A stretch of DNA of 63,976 nt, the filler included, from Craspedostauros australis (lineage: Eukaryota), in assembly GCA_030167865.1 (NCBI GenBank). It is 12 parts of 12 records of this genome, joined end to end, with 100 filler letters (N's around TTAATTAATTAA, not from the genome) between each part and the next. Parts side by side here need not be neighbours in the genome. Positions count along the whole stretch, not along the records: positions 47,216 to 48,690 come from JALAGF010001113.1; positions 48,791 to 51,830 come from JALAGF010001116.1; positions 51,931 to 55,322 come from JALAGF010001117.1; positions 55,423 to 58,814 come from JALAGF010001118.1; positions 58,915 to 62,722 come from JALAGF010001119.1; 7 more parts are not named here. One strand, written 5' to 3'. The position numbers were made by a program, and so were the translations under genes. Shown one piece after another: positions 47,322 through 59,705 of this stretch (its first letter is position 1; each line of letters starts with the position of its first letter). The notes under the pieces are model-generated. The model ran no database searches. It was not told the DNA's origin and saw only the letters and a program-made list of their open reading frames with translations.

Positions 47322-48690
47322 TCATGCATGCACTGTTGATGCAAGTCCATCCTCAGAGACAGCAGCTGAATGAACTCCTGTTGTGACAGATCTTGGAACA
47401 CCATCCATTCGTTGGTGTACAGAATCGTTTCGGCTCAGCACATTGTCATTCTCGCGACGATGGACAAACCCAGCAGTGGGGGCTTGTGGCATGTCCGAGA
47501 TTGAGAAGGTGGTGTTGTCAATGTTGGTTGCTGCTGCGCGCTGCTGCTCCACCATGCNNNNNNNNNNNNNNNNNNNNNNNNNNNNNNNNNNNNNNNNNNN
47601 NNNNNNNNNNNNNNNNNNNNNNNNNNNNNNNNNNNNNNNNNNNNNNNNNNNNNNNNNNNNNNNNNNNNNNNNNNNNNNNNNNNNNNNNNNNNNNNNNNNN
47701 NNNNNNGCTCGGGCTTCCTGCTCTGGCTGGCGACGACGGTCCTCCTCCTGTTGTGCACGAGCCTCTGCTGCTTGGCTGCGTGCTGCCTCCTCCTCGTTCT
47801 TGTGGCGCCCAGTAGAGCGCAGCGTGAAGTTTGCAGCTCCTGGCATGTTGCCAAAATGGCTTGCTGCTCCTTGCTGTCCCCAACCAAACCCTTGTTGATG
47901 TGGCTGAGTTGGGGTTGCAAATGGCTGTGTGCCAAACCCAGCAGGCAGGAATCCATGCCTGTTGGCAGCNNNNNNNNNNNNNNNNNNNNNNNNNNNNNNN
48001 NNNNNNNNNNNNNNNNNNNNNNNNNNNNNNNNNNNNNNNNNNNNNNNNNNNNNNNNNNNNNNNNNNNNNNNNNNNNNNNNNNNNNNNNNNNNNNNNNNNN
48101 NNNNNNNNNNTGAGATGGTGTGACCAAGCGGAATCGCCGCCTTCTGCTGCAGCTCAAAACAGAACGCCGCGATGGTGAACGACCCAAGACCGTTGTAGAT
48201 GATGTGGTACTGTGCAGGCATCGGCATCTTCATCACAGCATGCCAGAAGTTGTTGTCCATCTGGAAGTCAACACTTACCCTGCGCGTGACTGCAGGTTCA
48301 CCGTTCTCATCGGCTTGCGATTGTGCCATCGAGCGAAGCGCTTCTTGTCCCTGACGAAGGCCAACGGAAAATTGAGGACGATCCGTGAATGGCCCGTAGA
48401 TGCTGCTTGCGGAGTAATAAGTTGCTGGTAGCTTGTACGCCAATTTAATGCTCCACCCGTCATCCTTGCTGGAGAAGCGACTAGATTCTGGGTTGACGAG
48501 CGGTTCGAGCACAAAGAAGATGTGGACTCCATGATGGTTGTGGATCAGAATGCCTCCCAACACTGGATCCAGCGCATTCTCTTGGAATGATCCTTGCTTG
48601 ACCATTTTGGCACTCGAAGTTGTCACAATTTCCTCGTTTCCTTTCACATGGTTGATGTTGAGGCTGCGCATTGCTTCTTCAATGTTGTTG
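47322..48690 (-). CDS. Uncharacterised ORF in a repeated/collapsed contig (probably transposon-associated), with two internal N gaps
   Basis: The frame is open across the contig and its 3' end is duplicated at 18891. Confidence 0.5.
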
Positions 48691-49259
48691 NNNNNNNNNN
48701 NNNNNNNNNNNNNNNNNNNNNNNNNNNNNNNNNNTTAATTAATTAANNNNNNNNNNNNNNNNNNNNNNNNNNNNNNNNNNNNNNNNNNNNCTTCGACAGT
48801 GAATCGGGTTCTCCACTATTCTCCCGTGCGTGCCCACTGTGACGAAGTAGACAAAAATACATAGGCACATCCATACACACAGCGCGCTGCTCATCGCGCA
48901 CTCCTACCTTCGTCAGACTCAACTGAAAGGCAATGCGTTACTTTGCACCATACTATAATCGTCCAGGGTATCCATGTTGGTGCCTGCTTCCTGCTCGTGT
49001 CATCCTTGTCGTCTCCTCATGCTTCATCATGCAGATCCTGCTAGTTGCTGCTCCCTTGCTCTCCCCTCTGCTCCTACTCACATTCGCACGCACGGTTGCG
49101 CCAATGCCCTTGCCTGTGGTCCAATAGTTGTCTGCATACTCTTGCAATTCATCCTACTTCATTTTCTCCATCCAATTCATCAGAAAGCCACGTGCAAAGT
49201 GACTGTTCCACTGGCCTCTGTTGGAAATCCAGGGTATTGATACTGTAGTCTAATCCTTA

Positions 49260-51429
49260 TTTAACTGTACCGTTTTAGAACTGTGAGAACAACACCTTCA
49301 TTTCTCAATTCCTCAAGTCGTTTGCCCGCGATGATGCTGGTGGCACCCTGTAGTTGCTCCTGCATTTATCATAGCACACTCTCTCCATCATTCACATCTC
49401 ATTGCTCATGACAGGTCCAGTTCATCATGCTTGATCATAGAGGTTCCCTCCTACACTCCTGCAGTGCATGCATACTCTTCTCACATGTTCACTGGTGGTC
49501 ACACTTGGTTCAGAACATGGTGTTCTGGAACGATCATTCCAGTCCTTCAATGATGTTCCAGTTTGCGCTTTGTTCTCCTTCGGCGGTTCCCTTCCAGTCA
49601 TGTAATCATGCTCTGCGTTCTGATTGACACAACTGTGATAGCGTTTTCGCATAGATGTTTCGGTTCAACCAATCAACCATCGTGCTTGGAACACTTCGGT
49701 GTTCCAGTCTCCCTTTTGCATCCACTGTTCGCCAACTTGGTTCGTCAATCATCTCAAAACATGTCACACCTTTAGTCTGTCCTTTGTCCGTCATACTCTT
49801 GACACACAGGGGAGGAAGGTCCACAATCGACTTGGGAGTGTGTCCGACTTTGGTAGATCGGTCAGTCTATTTTTGGTATTATGGGAGGTGCGGCAATCTA
49901 GGATAACACGACATAGTCGCACCCTCGATTCCTGACAATCGTTTTCGCGCTGGTCTGATTGACAGCAGCATTGGAATGCACCTCCCGCGGAAGGACAGCA
50001 GCTGGGTTTGATGAGTAGAACTCAGATGCATCGATTCCCACCTTCAGCCTCTCATGTCGTCTCAGCATCTTCCACTGCACTGTGCTCAATTTTGCGAGAT
50101 TGTACTGTTTGTCTCCAACTGAGATGAAGCCGATGTTTCGCTCATGTGCTCGACTGGATAAGTGTTGGTGGAACAGGTCAAGGCTGGTTGAATTGGACGC
50201 ATCATATCGTTGCCTTGGCCTTGGTACTTGGTGAGCCTCCTTTGATGGCTGTTGAGGAAGGAGGAAGTAGTGCAGGAAATGTGGAGACACGTTGATTGAG
50301 TGGTTGGAGATCAGCATTTCCCTTTTCAACTCACCAGCTCCAATCATGAGCTTGATGATATTGCCAATTCTTCTTGGATGGCTGCATTGCTTTGACATGT
50401 ACAGCTCTGTGCATTGCAGCACCTGTTTGTGAAAGCGGCCACTGGCCTCAAGCCGAAGGCCAGCTTCTTCAAACACCTCGTTGGTCCGCCAGGAGTTGCC
50501 CTGTGCGCGCCACCAATCGTCCAATTGCCAAGAGGAATCAAGTTCGTTGCAAATTGCAACAGCCTCCTAGTATACGCCGTTGCTGTAGGACACCCCACAA
50601 GATGGGTGCTGTTGAGTGATTGGTTGCAGCATGTTGTGCAAATTGCGATGCAGTTGCAACACAGTCAGATGCAAAGTGTCCTTTGCGTGCCCTTGTACTG
50701 CTCAATGGTGTCCGACACGTTCCTATAGTACCATCTCATGCATTCAGAGTTGGTGGCGAAGTCTCCCAGAATCGTTGCATTCGCTTGGCCGACAGAAACT
50801 GGCTTCCCAGCCAGAATGGCATCGCATATGGCTGTGTTTATTGCACCAGCTCGTCCGGAATGCGCAGAGAAATACTGCTTGGGGTAGCCTGCGCTCAGAC
50901 AAAGGTGCCCAAGGAACTTGTATATTGCATTGGGCGACTGGATGCAGAATGTGTTCCCCTTCTGTGTCCAATCCATGTTGTGGCGACATCTCCAAAATCG
51001 TTCAAATGCGGTTGATGCCTCCTGCGACAATATGACGTGCCTGTAGTCAAGGTGGTTTTCTCTGACCTTCACATTTGGATATGTGATGGTCCATCAGCCT
51101 GTCAAGTGATCTTTCCTGGGAGCCTTCTGACTTGGTCAACAAAATGCAACGCTCCTGGCTCCAGTCTCGAACATAGCGGAGAGCAGGGCGATGTTCCTGT
51201 ATGACTTTAGATTGGGTGCAGTGCACTTCTGAAATCTGCGACTGTCAGCCAGCATGATCGGTTCCGCCCGGAGCACGTCCTGTGAGCTGTTCATTTGGAC
51301 GCCCCTGAGGTTCAGGTTGATCTGAGCGTAAGTGTGCGATTTCACTCTCACTGCTCCAATTCCTTTTGCGTACGCAATGTTTCTCCAAGACGGGAATCGC
51401 CGAATTAACTCAACATGCCTTGACATGGG
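49260..51429 (-). mobile_element. Decayed tyrosine-recombinase (YR) element: YR pseudogene (~51429-50665, probable extension to ~49898) plus a downstream decayed ORF (~49850-49260)
   Basis: RNIALLSAMFETGAR ... NVK ... FSAHSGRAG ... LGDFATNSECMRWYY are in one frame once two TGA codons are read through. Confidence 0.75.
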
Positions 51430-51830
51430 CACAAGTCAGCCATTTCATGGGACTTGTGCCATCCTCCTGTAGTTGGAATGGTGTTGACAGATAGTTCATT
51501 CGATGTTGACTGTTACATCACGGTTTCACGTGTTGTTGTGTGTTGTGGCTGGTTGTACCATGTGGCAGTGTGTGTGTGTGTGTGTGTGTGTGAGCACGTG
51601 GATGTGTGAGTATCACAGTTGATGGTGTTGTTCCCCCTCCTCCCCCACAAGTCAGCCATTTCATGGGACTTGTGCCATCCTCCAGTAGTTGGAATGGTGT
51701 TGACAGATAGTTCATTGTGTGTTGACTGATGCATCACAGTCTCACGTGTTGTTGTGTGTTGTGGCTGGTTGTACCGTGTGGCAGTGTGTGTGTGTGTGTG
51801 TGAGCACGTGGATGTGTGAGTATCACAGTT
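51430..51830. repeat. 216-bp tandem repeat (~1.9 copies visible) with a hairpin and a (TG)n tract
   Basis: Units begin cacaagtcagccatttcatggg at 51430 and 51646; the array is truncated by the contig end. Confidence 0.9.
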
Positions 51831-51930
51831 NNNNNNNNNNNNNNNNNNNNNNNNNNNNNNNNNNNNNNNNNNNNTTAATTAATTAANNNNNNNNNNNNNN
51901 NNNNNNNNNNNNNNNNNNNNNNNNNNNNNN

Positions 51931-54900
51931 AAGATCAACCCTGGCAAGGTGTTTCGCGAGACAACCGCCAACAATGTGACGGTCGCCAAGCAGGCGTACA
52001 AACGCCCCCTACAGTCCCTATCTGAGTGGGTAGACTATGTCATGCGCCGAACACCGGAAGCCAGCGTGGCAACATCGGCAAGCGGTACGTCTGAAGGAAG
52101 AGACGTGTCATCTGATCGTCCACGAGGAGGATCTGCCGCTGGCACACCACCGATACCGCTCCCAACCAGTGGACTTCCCATGTCCGAGCTCACCGTACCC
52201 ATCAAGGAAGGCACAGCGAAGGCGCGAACAAAGGTCACTTTCCAACCACGTGTACCACCAACAGATGCACACCATCCTGCCACAATGGCAGCAAGTGGGC
52301 AGACATCGGTCGACACGGCACAGGCTGACAGCCTCAGCCGCACCACCGAGCACAAACGAGTGAAGCGACCTAACACGTTCCCCGAGCGGTACAAGCTGGG
52401 TGACACCATGCGTTTCACCGAGTTCCGACGTGACATGGAATTCTTCCTGTCGCCATACGGCATGGGGTACCTCATGAACACGGAGTTCGCCACACTCTAC
52501 GCGATGCACGGGAAGCGCGTACTCGAGATGTACGTGGACGACCACTACGAGTCGCACCTCCCATTCGATTCCGTTCAGCTCAAGTCCGATGTCAGCCTGT
52601 TCGCGCGGTTTCTCCGTGAGGCCATCAGCAACACCAGCATGTCGTACCTACTCCGTGGCCCACAGGGCACTGATGGTGTACACATCTGGCAGCAACTGGT
52701 GTTGGAATGCGACAACGTCCAACAACGNCGTGAACGTGCCGCGCTGTTGAAGGCCAGGCTTACACAACGACTCCGTGCCAACGACGACCTCGTAAAATAC
52801 ATCGACGAGTTCCGTGACAATGTGCTTGCATACAACGATGCTGCAGCACGAGAACGCGACCGCTACGACGACACAACCATGTGCGAGATGATGTCACAGC
52901 AAGTGATTGATTCTGGGAATGCGCAGTACATCAACTGGATGCATCTGGTGCGGTCCGGCCGCAAGCACCTCTCCTTCCCAGATTTCTGTCACAAGCTGCA
53001 ACATTATGCGCGTGAGGTCGAGACATCGCGACGACTGCATCACCAACGCCGTGCACGTCCACGTGATCGCGCCGTCGCCAGCGCCCGTACACAAGGAGGG
53101 CAACCGCCTGCATCCTCGACGCCGTACGATGAGGCCTCCGACGACGCTCGGTACATTGCGGTGGAACTCCAGTGCGGCATCGCCAATGCTGAGGCTCTGG
53201 TCTACTCTGCCCAGCCACACGTCGAGACTGCCAACAACGACCCGGACTACATTGACAGTGCCACATTCTCCAAGCTGCCGCAGCAGGTGCGCAAGGTGAT
53301 CCGACGTCTCCGCGAGCGTGCTCGAGGGTACCGCCGCAACCGTGGCAACCGGCGTGACCAGGTCCCTGAACGACCGGCAGCCGCGGATCCCGGGGGGGTT
53401 CATTCGCCTCCAACGCTAGGCACACCAGCCAACGCAACAGCAACAGCCCACAACGCGACAATCCCCATGCAGTACAACGTCAACAGGACGCACAGCTACC
53501 GTGAACGCATGGACAGTGGAAGTACCACAGACAGGGGCGACAACACAGATGGATACAGCAACGAGGACAGCTCATGGTCAGAAGCGACTGATGAAGACTA
53601 CGATGTGATGGACAGTGCCAACCGAATCAGGAATATGCGCATGTACATGGCACAAATGCACCACACGGATGCCGAACTGGAGCCAACCGAGAGCAGAGAA
53701 CACAACCCCACAACGGAATCGATGTACATCGACCTACAAGCCAACGCAACAACCACGGAGGGCGAGTCGTATGCTATATGCGATAGCGGTGCTCAATGCT
53801 CCATCCTGGGAAGTCTTGGTGATGTATGGCAGGTGGAGACCGTGCATATGGGGCGCGTCATCAACGTCATTGGCGCAATACCATCGACAATGAAGAAGAA
53901 TGGACTTCGTGTGGTGTCAGCATGGACGAAGGCAACCCTCGATGATGGCCAGAAGGTCATACTCAAGGCGCACGAGTGCGCACTCAACCCCATGAGTCGA
54001 GTCACATTACTGTCCGAGTACCAGCTCAGGTCTAATGGATGCGTGGTCGACTCTGTATCAAAGAAACACTACAGGTCTCTTGAGCCACCAAAGAAGGGCA
54101 CACAATCATTCATCCCAGCAAAAGGGGCACGCATCGCACTCCAGGCACGAGATGGCTTGATGGCGTTCGACATCGAACCGCCAACACACGAAGACCTCCA
54201 GCAACTCCCCATCTATGAGATCACCAAAGATGAACCATGGAACCCACATGTGGCTGAGGATTCCAAAGATGACATGCAACCATTCCTGAATCAAGTGGCA
54301 TCCATGAAGCATCCAACCGAAGGCGGAACAGAAGTGACCACCACGACATTCGAGGGCCTGGACCACCCGGTTCTGTCCGTGAACACAAGCATGCTTGAAC
54401 AGGATGACAGCATGGAGTATGATGGAGAAGACGAGGCAACTGACTGTGTGGAGCTTGATCCGGTTGATCAATTCCTCAACTCACTGGAGTACGATGGGCT
54501 CGTTGGGCAGGACATGCCGTTCGCGTTCAACCCAGCAGTGTATGCTGCACACGTATCGCGCACAGTGAGAGGCGGAGGCGCACTACGCGAACTGGTGGAG
54601 GATATGGTGCCGACTGGCGGACAAGAGACATGGGAAGACATGGAGGCGTTTCGGGTGCACAACAAAGAGTTGTGGCACATCCACCCACCAGGTGCCACCG
54701 ATGACGAAGACACCACCGTACCCACCGCCAACGTCTACAAGAAGGGTGATGCACATGGCGATGACGTCTCTGCATACGATGATCTCTCTGACGCGATGCA
54801 CAAGATGCACCAACAGCGCATCGACAACAACAACGAACCCGCCGCTACCCATGCGCACGATGTCGGTTTCCGGGTGCGGGCACGTCACAAGGTGGACAAT

Positions 54901-55322
54901 CCAGAGAAGATCCGACCTTACCTTGGATGGCGCAACCTACGCATCGTGAAGGAGACAATCAAGCGCACAACGCAGGACTGCAAGGCGGTGGTTCGGTGGC
55001 CCATGGTTCGGCATCTGCGATCCCGTTTTGCATGGATGCGACGGCCAAGAATCAAAGAGGTGGTGGCAACAGACACTTTCTTCGCAAATGTGCCGTCGTT
55101 TGGCGAGAACTACACATGTGCCCAGGTGTTTTTCGGCACTGCATCACATGTGATCAACATCGTTGGACTACGCACGAAGCAAATGGTCCATGATGCCATC
55201 AACCTGTTCATCCGTGAGGAAGGCGCACCATGGGCGTTTCGCATGGACAACGCTGGTGAGCAGGTTGGTGAGCAGGTCGACCGGATCCTTCGCGAGCTAC
55301 ACATTGGTGTTGAACTCACGGA
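51931..55322 (+). mobile_element. CoDi-like Ty1/Copia gag-protease-integrase polyprotein fragment (copy 1)
   Basis: Gag DGVHIWQQL, protease AICDSGAQCSILG, TLLSEYQLR, integrase ATDTFF...CAQVF...RMDNAGEQ. Integrase follows protease directly (Copia order). Confidence 0.88.
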
Positions 55323-55422
55323 NNNNNNNNNNNNNNNNNNNNNNNNNNNNNNNNNNNNNNNNNNNNTTAATTAATTAANNNNNNNNNNNNNNNNNNNNNN
55401 NNNNNNNNNNNNNNNNNNNNNN

Positions 55423-58400
55423 AAGATCAACCCTGGCAAGGTGTTTCGCGAGACAACCGCCAACAATGTGACGGTCGCCAAGCAGGCGTACAAACGCCCC
55501 CTACAGTCCCTATCTGAGTGGGTAGACTATGTCATGCGCCGAACACCGGAAGCCAGCGTGGCAACATCGGCAAGCGGTACGTCTGAAGGAAGAGACGTGT
55601 CATCTGATCGTCCACGAGGAGGATCTGCCGCTGGCACACCACCGATACCGCTCCCAACCAGTGGACTTCCCATGTCCGAGCTCACCGTACCCATCAAGGA
55701 AGGCACAGCGAAGGCGCGAACAAAGGTCACTTTCCAACCACGTGTACCACCAACAGATGCACACCATCCTGCCACAATGGCAGCAAGTGGGCAGACATCG
55801 GTCGACACGGCACAGGCTGACAGCCTCAGCCGCACCACCGAGCACAAACGAGTGAAGCGACCTAACACGTTCCCCGAGCGGTACAAGCTGGGTGACACCA
55901 TGCGTTTCACCGAGTTCCGACGTGACATGGAATTCTTCCTGTCGCCATACGGCATGGGGTACCTCATGAACACGGAGTTCGCCACACTCTACGCGATGCA
56001 CGGGAAGCGCGTACTCGAGATGTACGTGGACGACCACTACGAGTCGCACCTCCCATTCGATTCCGTTCAGCTCAAGTCCGATGTCAGCCTGTTCGCGCGG
56101 TTTCTCCGTGAGGCCATCAGCAACACCAGCATGTCGTACCTACTCCGTGGCCCACAGGGCACTGATGGTGTACACATCTGGCAGCAACTGGTGTTGGAAT
56201 GCGACAACGTCCAACAACGCCGTGAACGTGCCGCGCTGTTGAAGGCCAGGCTTACACAACGACTCCGTGCCAACGACGACCTCGTAAACTACATCGACGA
56301 GTTCCGTGACAATGTGCTTGCATACAACGATGCTGCGGCGCGAGAACGCGACCGCTACGACGACACAACCATGTGCGAGATGATGTCACAGCAGGTGATT
56401 GATTCTGGGAATGCGCAGTACATCAACTGGATGCATCTGGTGCGGTCCGGCCGCAAGCACCTCTCCTTCCCAGATTTCTGTCACAAGCTGCAACATTATG
56501 CGCGTGAGGTCGAGACATCGCGACGACTGCATCACCAACGCCGTGCACGTCCACGTGATCGCGCCGTCGCCAGCGCCCGTACACAAGGAGGGCAACCGCC
56601 TGCATCCTCGACGCCGTACGATGAGGCCTCCGACGACGCTCGGTACATTGCGGTGGAACTCCAGTGCGGCATCGCCAATGCTGAGGCTCTGGTCTACTCT
56701 GCCCAGCCACACGTCGAGACTGCCAACAACGACCCGGACTACATTGACAGTGCCACATTCTCCAAGCTGCCGCAGCAGGTGCGCAAGGTGATCCGACGTC
56801 TCCGCGAGCGTGCTCGAGGGTACCGCCGCAACCGTGGCAACCGGCGTGACCAGGTCCCTGAACGACCGGCAGCCGCGGATCCCGGGGGGGTTCATTCGCC
56901 TCCAACGCTAGGCACACCAGCCAACGCAACAGCAACAGCCCACAACGCGACAATCCCCATGCAGTACAACGTCAACAGGACGCACAGCTACCGTGAACGC
57001 ATGGACAGTGGAAGTACCACAGACAGGGGCGACAACACAGATGGATACAGCAACGAGGACAGCTCATGGTCAGAAGCGACTGATGAAGACTACGATGTGA
57101 TGGACAGTGCCAACCGAATCAGGAATATGCGCATGTACATGGCACAAATGCACCACACGGATGCCGAACTGGAGCCAACCGAGAGCAGAGAACACAACCC
57201 CACAACGGAATCGATGTACATCGACCTACAAGCCAACGCAACAACCACGGAGGGCGAGTCGTATGCTATATGCGATAGCGGTGCTCAATGCTCCATCCTG
57301 GGAAGTCTTGGTGATGTATGGCAGGTGGAGACCGTGCATATGGGGCGCGTCATCAACGTCATTGGCGCAATACCATCGACAATGAAGAAGAATGGACTTC
57401 GTGTGGTGTCAGCATGGACGAAGGCAACCCTCGATGATGGCCAGAAGGTCATACTCAAGGCGCACGAGTGCGCACTCAACCCCATGAGTCGAGTCACATT
57501 ACTGTCCGAGTACCAGCTCAGGTCTAATGGATGCGTGGTCGACTCTGTATCAAAGAAACACTACAGGTCTCTTGAGCCACCAAAGAAGGGCACACAATCA
57601 TTCATCCCAGCAAAAGGGGCACGCATCGCACTCCAGGCACGAGATGGCTTGATGGCGTTCGACATCGAACCGCCAACACACGAAGACCTCCAGCAACTCC
57701 CCATCTATGAGATCACCAAAGATGAACCATGGAACCCACATGTGGCTGAGGATTCCAAAGATGACATGCAACCATTCCTGAATCAAGTGGCATCCATGAA
57801 GCATCCAACCGAAGGCGGAACAGAAGTGACCACCACGACATTCGAGGGCCTGGACCACCCGGTTCTGTCCGTGAACACAAGCATGCTTGAACAGGATGAC
57901 AGCATGGAGTATGATGGAGAAGACGAGGCAACTGACTGTGTGGAGCTTGATCCGGTTGATCAATTCCTCAACTCACTGGAGTACGATGGGCTCGTTGGGC
58001 AGGACATGCCGTTCGCGTTCAACCCAGCAGTGTATGCTGCACACGTATCGCGCACAGTGAGAGGCGGAGGCGCACTACGCGAACTGGTGGAGGATATGGT
58101 GCCGACTGGCGGACAAGAGACATGGGAAGACATGGAGGCGTTTCGGGTGCACAACAAAGAGTTGTGGCACATCCACCCACCAGGTGCCACCGATGACGAA
58201 GACACCACCGTACCCACCGCCAACGTCTACAAGAAGGGTGATGCACATGGCGATGACGTCTCTGCATACGATGATCTCTCTGACGCGATGCACAAGATGC
58301 ACCAACAGCGCATCGACAACAACAACGAACCCGCCGCTACCCATGCGCACGATGTCGGTTTCCGGGTGCGGGCACGTCACAAGGTGGACAATCCAGAGAA

Positions 58401-58814
58401 GATCCGACCTTACCTTGGATGGCGCAACCTACGCATCGTGAAGGAGACAATCAAGCGCACAACGCAGGACTGCAAGGCGGTGGTTCGGTGGCCCATGGTT
58501 CGGCATCTGCGATCCCGTTTTGCATGGATGCGACGGCCAAGAATCAAAGAGGTGGTGGCAACAGACACTTTCTTCGCAAATGTGCCGTCGTTTGGCGAGA
58601 ACTACACATGTGCCCAGGTGTTTTTCGGCACTGCATCACATGTGATCAACATCGTTGGACTACGCACGAAGCAAATGGTCCATGATGCCATCAACCTGTT
58701 CATCCGTGAGGAAGGCGCACCATGGGCGTTTCGCATGGACAACGCTGGTGAGCAGGTTGGTGAGCAGGTCGACCGGATCCTTCGCGAGCTACACATTGGT
58801 GTTGAACTCACGGA
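55423..58814 (+). mobile_element. Same CoDi-like fragment (copy 2, near-identical)
   Basis: Same first and last nucleotides as copy 1. I found only 4 substitutions and one N difference. Confidence 0.88.
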
Positions 58815-59705
58815 NNNNNNNNNNNNNNNNNNNNNNNNNNNNNNNNNNNNNNNNNNNNTTAATTAATTAANNNNNNNNNNNNNNNNNNNNNNNNNNNNNN
58901 NNNNNNNNNNNNNNTTGTTTTGTATGATGGTTGTTGAGGTATGGTGCTTATGAGGAGAGCTTCTGCGATGGCAGAGTCGTTGACGAAGGCAATTGCTAAC
59001 GTTGTTGTCGTCATCGGCGATGTGTGGAGGAGGAGTCTCTCTGCCGATCAGAAGTTTCTCATGGATGATTTGCTTTGGGCTCAAGAGCAATCCTGTTTGT
59101 TTCGTTGTCGTCGTTGTTTACGGGCACACGTGATCGTACTCTCTGCCTTGTTTGGTTGTGGATGTGGATGCAAGGGTCTCGTGTCCATCCAAGGCTGATC
59201 GGTGTGCCTGTGTCTCTGGTGATGTGTTGCTGACGATGATGGCATTCCTGGTCGTTCGTCCCTTCTCTCTCGAAGAGTGCAAACTGTTGTGCATTGCTGC
59301 TTCGCGTGTTGCGTTGTGTTGTGATGGATGACGAGGTCTGTCGTGTCAAGGGTTCTCGTTCTTCTTTGTTTTGTTTCGCCTGAACGGTATCTTTCTGCGT
59401 TCTGTCCAATTCAGTATCTTTCTTTTCTTGTGCAATCGGTCTTCGATCGAATCATGGAACCATCAAAATCTATTGAGTCGATCTAGTCGTACGTGAATGA
59501 CGCCGTGGCTGCGAGAACATCGACTTTGTGGAGTGACTGCGCAGACGCATCAGGGGCGTCATCCACATTGCGTGCACGGTGGTGGCAACGAACACTCTGT
59601 TGTCACCATCCCCGTCATACCTGTCATCCTCACTGCATCAAAGAAGCGAAGCAGCAGCAGCAATGAGAGTGGGAGGGGAGTGGGAACCACCAACCAATAC
59701 GGAAG

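Noticed and set aside
49630..49830. Myb/SANT-like domain fused to the YR (RLWT...IG*TETSMRKRY)
   Set aside because: It requires stitching through several stops, and a different frame gives a more coherent ORF.
49260..51429. Alternative genetic code (TGA as sense) in the YR contig
   Set aside because: Frameshifts and TAA/TAG stops also occur and host genes end in TGA. CpG decay is the simpler explanation.
51931..58814. True tandem duplication of a retrotransposon
   Set aside because: Both copies start and end at the same base and are bounded by spacers, which is typical of a collapsed repeat contig placed twice.
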